Shown piece after piece: positions 34,315 through 38,117 of a stretch of DNA of 38,117 nt. Source of the DNA: an uncultured Blastochloridaceae bacterium (lineage in GTDB: Bacteria > Verrucomicrobiota > Verrucomicrobiia > Methylacidiphilales > JBCBYL01); contig CAYTLD010000001.1 of NCBI GenBank assembly GCA_964438585.1, positions 1-38,117 of the forward strand, written 5' to 3'. A program made the translations under genes and the position numbers. The notes beneath the pieces are model-generated. The model saw only the letters and a list, made by a program, of their open reading frames with translations, had not been told where the DNA came from and did no database searches. The first letter of the stretch is position 1; every line of letters starts with the position of its first letter.

Positions 34315-35760
34315 ATGCTTATGGAAAAGAAGGGGAAAACGCTTTTTGAGAAGGTGTGGGATGCACACGCGGTGGCTGAATTAAGCAATGGTCAGACTCA
34401 GTTGCTGATTGGCACGCACCTGATTCATGAGGTGACCAGCCCGCAGGCCTTTGCCATGTTGCGAGAGCGCGGTCTGCCGGTGCGTTACCCTCACCGGACC
34501 TTTGCCACTGTCGATCACATTGTGCCCACCGATCAGCGTGAGGAGCCGTTCTCGGATTCCTTAGCCGACGCGATGATCAAGGAATTGCGCCGGAACTGCG
34601 ATGATTTTGGCATTACTTATTTTGATATTGCTTCCGGCCATCAGGGGATTGTGCATGTCGTCGGCCCGGAGCAGGGAATTACGCAGCCCGGAACTACGAT
34701 TGCCTGCGGAGATTCCCACACCTCGACGCACGGAGCCTTCGGAGCCATCGCTTTCGGGATCGGCACCACCCAGGTGCGGGATGTGCTGGCGACCCAGACC
34801 ATGGCGCTGGGCAAGCTCAAGGTCCGCCGGATCGAAGTCAACGGCCAACTGCCCCCCGGAGTTTATGCCAAGGATGTCATTCTCGACATTATCCGCCGCC
34901 TGGGGACCAAAGGCGGAACCGGTTTCGCTTATGAGTACGCCGGGGAGGTTTTTGATCGTTTTTCGATGGAGGAGCGGATGACGGTCTGCAACATGTCGAT
35001 CGAGGGCGGGGCGCGTGTCGGCTACGTCAACCCGGATGAAAAAACATTTGAATTCCTCAAGGGTCGGCCCTACGCGCCGGGTTCCGAGGACTGGGATCAC
35101 GCGGTCGAACGTTGGACCTCCTTCGCCTCCGATGCGGATGCCGTCTATGACGACATCGTGCGGATCGATGCCAATACACTCGAACCAACTGTGACCTGGG
35201 GAATCAATCCCGGCCAGGCGATCGCCATCAATGAAAACATCCCAACTCCCGCAAGCGTGCCCGAAGAGGAAAAAGCCACCACCGCCGAGGCACTCGAACA
35301 CATGCAGTTTAGCGGGGGCGAGCCCATTCGCGGTAAGAAAATCAATGTCGCCTTCCTCGGCAGTTGCACCAACGGGCGGTTAAGTGATTTCGAGGAAGTC
35401 GCGCACTACATCAAAGGCCGGAAGGTGGCCGATGGGGTTCAAGCCATCGCGGTGCCGGGATCGCAAATCGTGGCCAGGCTCTGTGAGGAAAAAGGCATCG
35501 ATACCATCCTGAAGGATGCCGGATTTGAATGGCGGGGTGCGGGCTGTTCGATGTGCCTGGCCATGAACCCGGACAAACTAGTAGGAGATCAACTCTGTGC
35601 GAGTTCCAGCAACCGTAATTTCAAGGGACGGCAGGGCAGCCCCATCGGACGCACTATTCTCATGAGCCCGGTGATGGTGGCCGCCGCCGCGATCACCGGT
35701 GAAATTTCCGATGCCCGGGAAGTATTCAAGCACCAGCCGGACAAGGTGCTGGTTTCATAA
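34315..35760 (+). CDS. leuC: 3-isopropylmalate dehydratase large subunit
   Basis: 481 aa. N-terminus [11 protein letters not shown] and Fe-S ligand contexts CGDSHT, GSCTNGR and CSMCLAMN. Followed by leuD. Confidence 0.93.
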   Translation: MLMEKKGKTLFEKVWDAHAVAELSNGQTQLLIGTHLIHEVTSPQAFAMLRERGLPVRYPHRTFATVDHIVPTDQREEPFSDSLADAMIKELRRNCDDFGITYFDIASGHQGIVHVVGPEQGITQPGTTIACGDSHTSTHGAFGAIAFGIGTTQVRDVLATQTMALGKLKVRRIEVNGQLPPGVYAKDVILDIIRRLGTKGGTGFAYEYAGEVFDRFSMEERMTVCNMSIEGGARVGYVNPDEKTFEFLKGRPYAPGSEDWDHAVERWTSFASDADAVYDDIVRIDANTLEPTVTWGINPGQAIAINENIPTPASVPEEEKATTAEALEHMQFSGGEPIRGKKINVAFLGSCTNGRLSDFEEVAHYIKGRKVADGVQAIAVPGSQIVARLCEEKGIDTILKDAGFEWRGAGCSMCLAMNPDKLVGDQLCASSSNRNFKGRQGSPIGRTILMSPVMVAAAAITGEISDAREVFKHQPDKVLVS

Positions 35761-35778
35761 AGAAAGAAAAGGATAGCG

Positions 35779-36387
35779 ATGGAAGCTGAAAAAATTACCC
35801 GTATCATGGGGCGCGGTGTGCCGGTTCCCGGTGACGATATCGACACGGACCGGATTATTCCGGCCCGTTACATGAAGTGTGTCACCTTTGACGGATTGGG
35901 TGAGTACGCATTCTATGATGTCCGCTTTCATGAGGATGGACGTTCAAAAAACCATCCCCTCGATGCCCCCGCCTACCAGGGCGCGATCATTCTCATCACC
36001 GGCAATAATTTCGGTTGCGGCAGCTCCCGTGAGCATGCCCCGCAAGCCCTCTATCGCTTCGGGCTCCGGGCCGTCATCGCGGAGAGTTTTGCGGAAATTT
36101 TCTTTGGTAATTCCGTCACCCTGGGGATGCCCTGCGTGACCGTCTCCCACCCGGACCGCCTGTTGCTCGCGGAGATGGTGGAGGCTAATCCGGGAGTGGA
36201 ACTGGCCATCGATATTCAGGCACGCCGGATCACCGCTGGGGATAAAGTCTTCACCTGTGATATCCGTGACTCCGCCCACTCCGCTCTGACCAGCGGGCGC
36301 TGGGATCCTCTGGCCGAATTGATTTCCAATGCGGATCGTGTGCATGAAACGGCCCGCCGCCTGACCTACGTTCCCACCGGCGGTTAA
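35779..36387 (+). CDS. leuD: 3-isopropylmalate dehydratase small subunit
   Basis: 202 aa. DTDRIIPARY and GNNFGCGSSREHA motifs. Confidence 0.92.
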   Translation: MEAEKITRIMGRGVPVPGDDIDTDRIIPARYMKCVTFDGLGEYAFYDVRFHEDGRSKNHPLDAPAYQGAIILITGNNFGCGSSREHAPQALYRFGLRAVIAESFAEIFFGNSVTLGMPCVTVSHPDRLLLAEMVEANPGVELAIDIQARRITAGDKVFTCDIRDSAHSALTSGRWDPLAELISNADRVHETARRLTYVPTGG

Positions 36388-36404
36388 GCGACTGTCCAAT
36401 TGCC

Positions 36405-37076
36405 ATGAACATTCCGGATGCTGTGCGAGTCATCATCCACGGGACGGGTGCTTCCGCTTGGAATATGGCCGTCGACGAGGCACTCCTGCACCACGTTCAG
36501 ACTCCGGTTCTCCGAATCTACGGCTGGGAGGAAGCGGCGGTCACCATCGGTTATTTCCAATCCACTCAGGTAGTGCCGGAGGGGCGTCCATTTGTGCGGC
36601 GCTACACCGGGGGCGGGCTTGTCGATCATGCCCGCGACCTGACTTACACCATCGTGCTGCCCCGCGATCATCCGGTTGCCCTATCCGGAACATCCGGCAG
36701 TTACTGCACCATCCACCGCGCCGTGGCCTCCGCTTTGAACCGCTGTGGGTTTCCCGCCTGTCTGGTGGAATCCTCACAGGCGGGGGACGACCCCGCCTGC
36801 TTTCGTAAACCCGTTCTCCATGACTTGCTCCTCGATGGAAAAAAATGTGCCGGTGCCGCTCAGCGTCGCAACCGCCTGGGATGCCTTCACCAGGGCAGCT
36901 TGCTCCTGGAACGTGACTACGACCGCACAGAATTGGAAAAATATTTTGTCGAAGAGTTGCCAGCCGCCCTCGGAAGCGATAGCGTCGCATCCGAACTAAA
37001 CGAAGACGAGTTCCAGACGGCCCGCCGCTTGGAGAAGGAACGTTATACGACGACTGATTGGAATCATGCCCGCTGA
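36405..37076 (+). CDS. biotin/lipoate A/B protein ligase family protein (LplA/LipM-like catalytic domain only)
   Basis: 223 aa. RRYTGGGLVDH and the lysine motif DGKKCAGAAQRR. No LplA C-terminal accessory domain. Confidence 0.8.
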   Translation: MNIPDAVRVIIHGTGASAWNMAVDEALLHHVQTPVLRIYGWEEAAVTIGYFQSTQVVPEGRPFVRRYTGGGLVDHARDLTYTIVLPRDHPVALSGTSGSYCTIHRAVASALNRCGFPACLVESSQAGDDPACFRKPVLHDLLLDGKKCAGAAQRRNRLGCLHQGSLLLERDYDRTELEKYFVEELPAALGSDSVASELNEDEFQTARRLEKERYTTTDWNHAR

Positions 37077-38094
37077 ATCGACCATCGATGAAGTAGTTGA
37101 GTTCCAGGATCTGTACAAGTCCCTGGTCGAGGCCGACCGCAAGAAGCTCGACGATGCCTCCGAGCGGCTCTGGTGCTATGCTGGTGACGAATTAATTCAC
37201 CAGGATGGAGCCTCGGACGCGGTCTTTATTATTGAGGAAGGTGCCGTGGAGGTTCTGATCGAAACTGCCAGTGCCAAGTCCACCCCACCACTCACCTACC
37301 TCGGACGGGGCGACATCATAGGGGAACTCGGTGTCCTCAACCAGTGCACCCGCAGTGCCACTGTCCGCGCCGCCAACGATGTTTTCTACCGGCGCATTGA
37401 GTCGGTTCCCTTCCTTCAACTGCTCAACCAGATTCCGGGCTTCGGTGCATTCATTGCCCATCGTCTGGCCATGCGGCTGGCCAATACCACTACCAGCATG
37501 GCCTTCAACAGCATCTGTATGGATCTGAGTGGTAAACTTCCTCAATTCGATCTGATGGCCGTCTTTTTCACCGTTGCCAGTAGCGGTGCCACCGGTGAAT
37601 TACGCATCGTCGATGATAACCGGGATAACATCGGTAATTTCTTTTTCAGTGCCGGTAACATGCTTCACGCCCGATTCCGCCAACTCCAGGGCATCGAGGC
37701 GGCCTGGCAGGTTTTTATTGAGGATGATCTCCATGGGGCCTTCTCCTTCAAGCGCAGTGATGTCGCCTCCCGCCCCGTCGATGTAGGCTATGAAACCAAC
37801 ATCGGGGTGGATGATGTGCTCATGCAGGCAGCGGTGATGAGGGATGAATTTCATGACTTCAGCGAGCCTCTGCGCAAGCTGATTGGGGGTGTCGAGTGCG
37901 TGACGACAGTCTACCGCTGGAATGACCCATCCACGGAACACGAGGCGCAATGCCTGTTTGATCTCTGCGAGCGCGGCAACCCGTCTCTCCAAAGCGTCTG
38001 GAGCCGCTCCGGCCTTTCCCAAATTACCTTTGGCAAAATCATGGTAGTGCTCACAGATGGAAATATCCTCCGCCTTACGCCCAGACACGATTAA
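37066..38094 (+). CDS. cyclic-nucleotide-binding domain protein with C-terminal DUF4388 (PATAN)-like domain
   Basis: 342 aa. Canonical cNMP phosphate-binding cassette GRGDIIGELGVL...RSATVRA. The later segment (LSGKLPQFDLMAVFFTVASSGATGELRI) resembles DUF4388. The start overlaps the upstream stop by 11 nt. Confidence 0.75.
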   Translation: MPAESTIDEVVEFQDLYKSLVEADRKKLDDASERLWCYAGDELIHQDGASDAVFIIEEGAVEVLIETASAKSTPPLTYLGRGDIIGELGVLNQCTRSATVRAANDVFYRRIESVPFLQLLNQIPGFGAFIAHRLAMRLANTTTSMAFNSICMDLSGKLPQFDLMAVFFTVASSGATGELRIVDDNRDNIGNFFFSAGNMLHARFRQLQGIEAAWQVFIEDDLHGAFSFKRSDVASRPVDVGYETNIGVDDVLMQAAVMRDEFHDFSEPLRKLIGGVECVTTVYRWNDPSTEHEAQCLFDLCERGNPSLQSVWSRSGLSQITFGKIMVVLTDGNILRLTPRHD

Positions 38095-38117
38095 CCCGTA
38101 TCATCTTGCAGGGAGGG

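Overview
This is a 38.1-kb bacterial chromosomal segment, moderately GC-rich by eye and densely coding on both strands. I recognised no rRNA, CRISPR array, transposase, integrase or phage genes. Most genes are housekeeping:
- direct-sulfhydrylation methionine genes (metY-metX)
- a translationally coupled sucrose pair: a sucrose-phosphate synthase with a C-terminal phosphatase-like domain, then a GH13 amylosucrase-like enzyme
- tRNA-His(GUG) followed by a VapBC-like toxin-antitoxin pair
- an ABCG-type ABC transporter and ispA
- an isolated GspE/GspF (PilB/PilC)-like ATPase-platform pair behind an unknown secreted protein
- a long minus-strand operon (lptF/G-like, unknown Cys-rich protein, GT2, oppA-B-C-like without ATPases)
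- an ECF sigma/anti-sigma module, yqeY, mgtE, a YacP/NYN gene, asd, leuCD, a lipoate-ligase-family gene and a cNMP-binding/DUF4388-like gene

The protein repertoire feels PVC/Verrucomicrobiota-like, but that is only a guess.

The features that the gene list does not explain are mostly non-coding:
1. A 353-bp strand-symmetric spacer at about 21.26-21.61 kb. It has a C-rich 17-bp tandem repeat, a 44-bp perfect palindrome and a mirrored G-rich 12-bp tandem repeat.
2. A second, unrelated 42-bp perfect palindrome upstream of mgtE.
3. A two-copy REP-like element (21-bp arms, 35-nt loop), each copy packed exactly between convergent gene ends.
4. A duplicated 32-bp hairpin module, one copy flanked by a 10-bp direct duplication.

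Candidate uncharacterised protein systems are the unknown secreted protein plus orphan GspE/F, a LysM/TPR lipoprotein with two tail-anchored coiled-coil proteins, and a membrane/secreted/ABC trio. I could run no homology searches. All family calls rest on motifs read directly from the translations.
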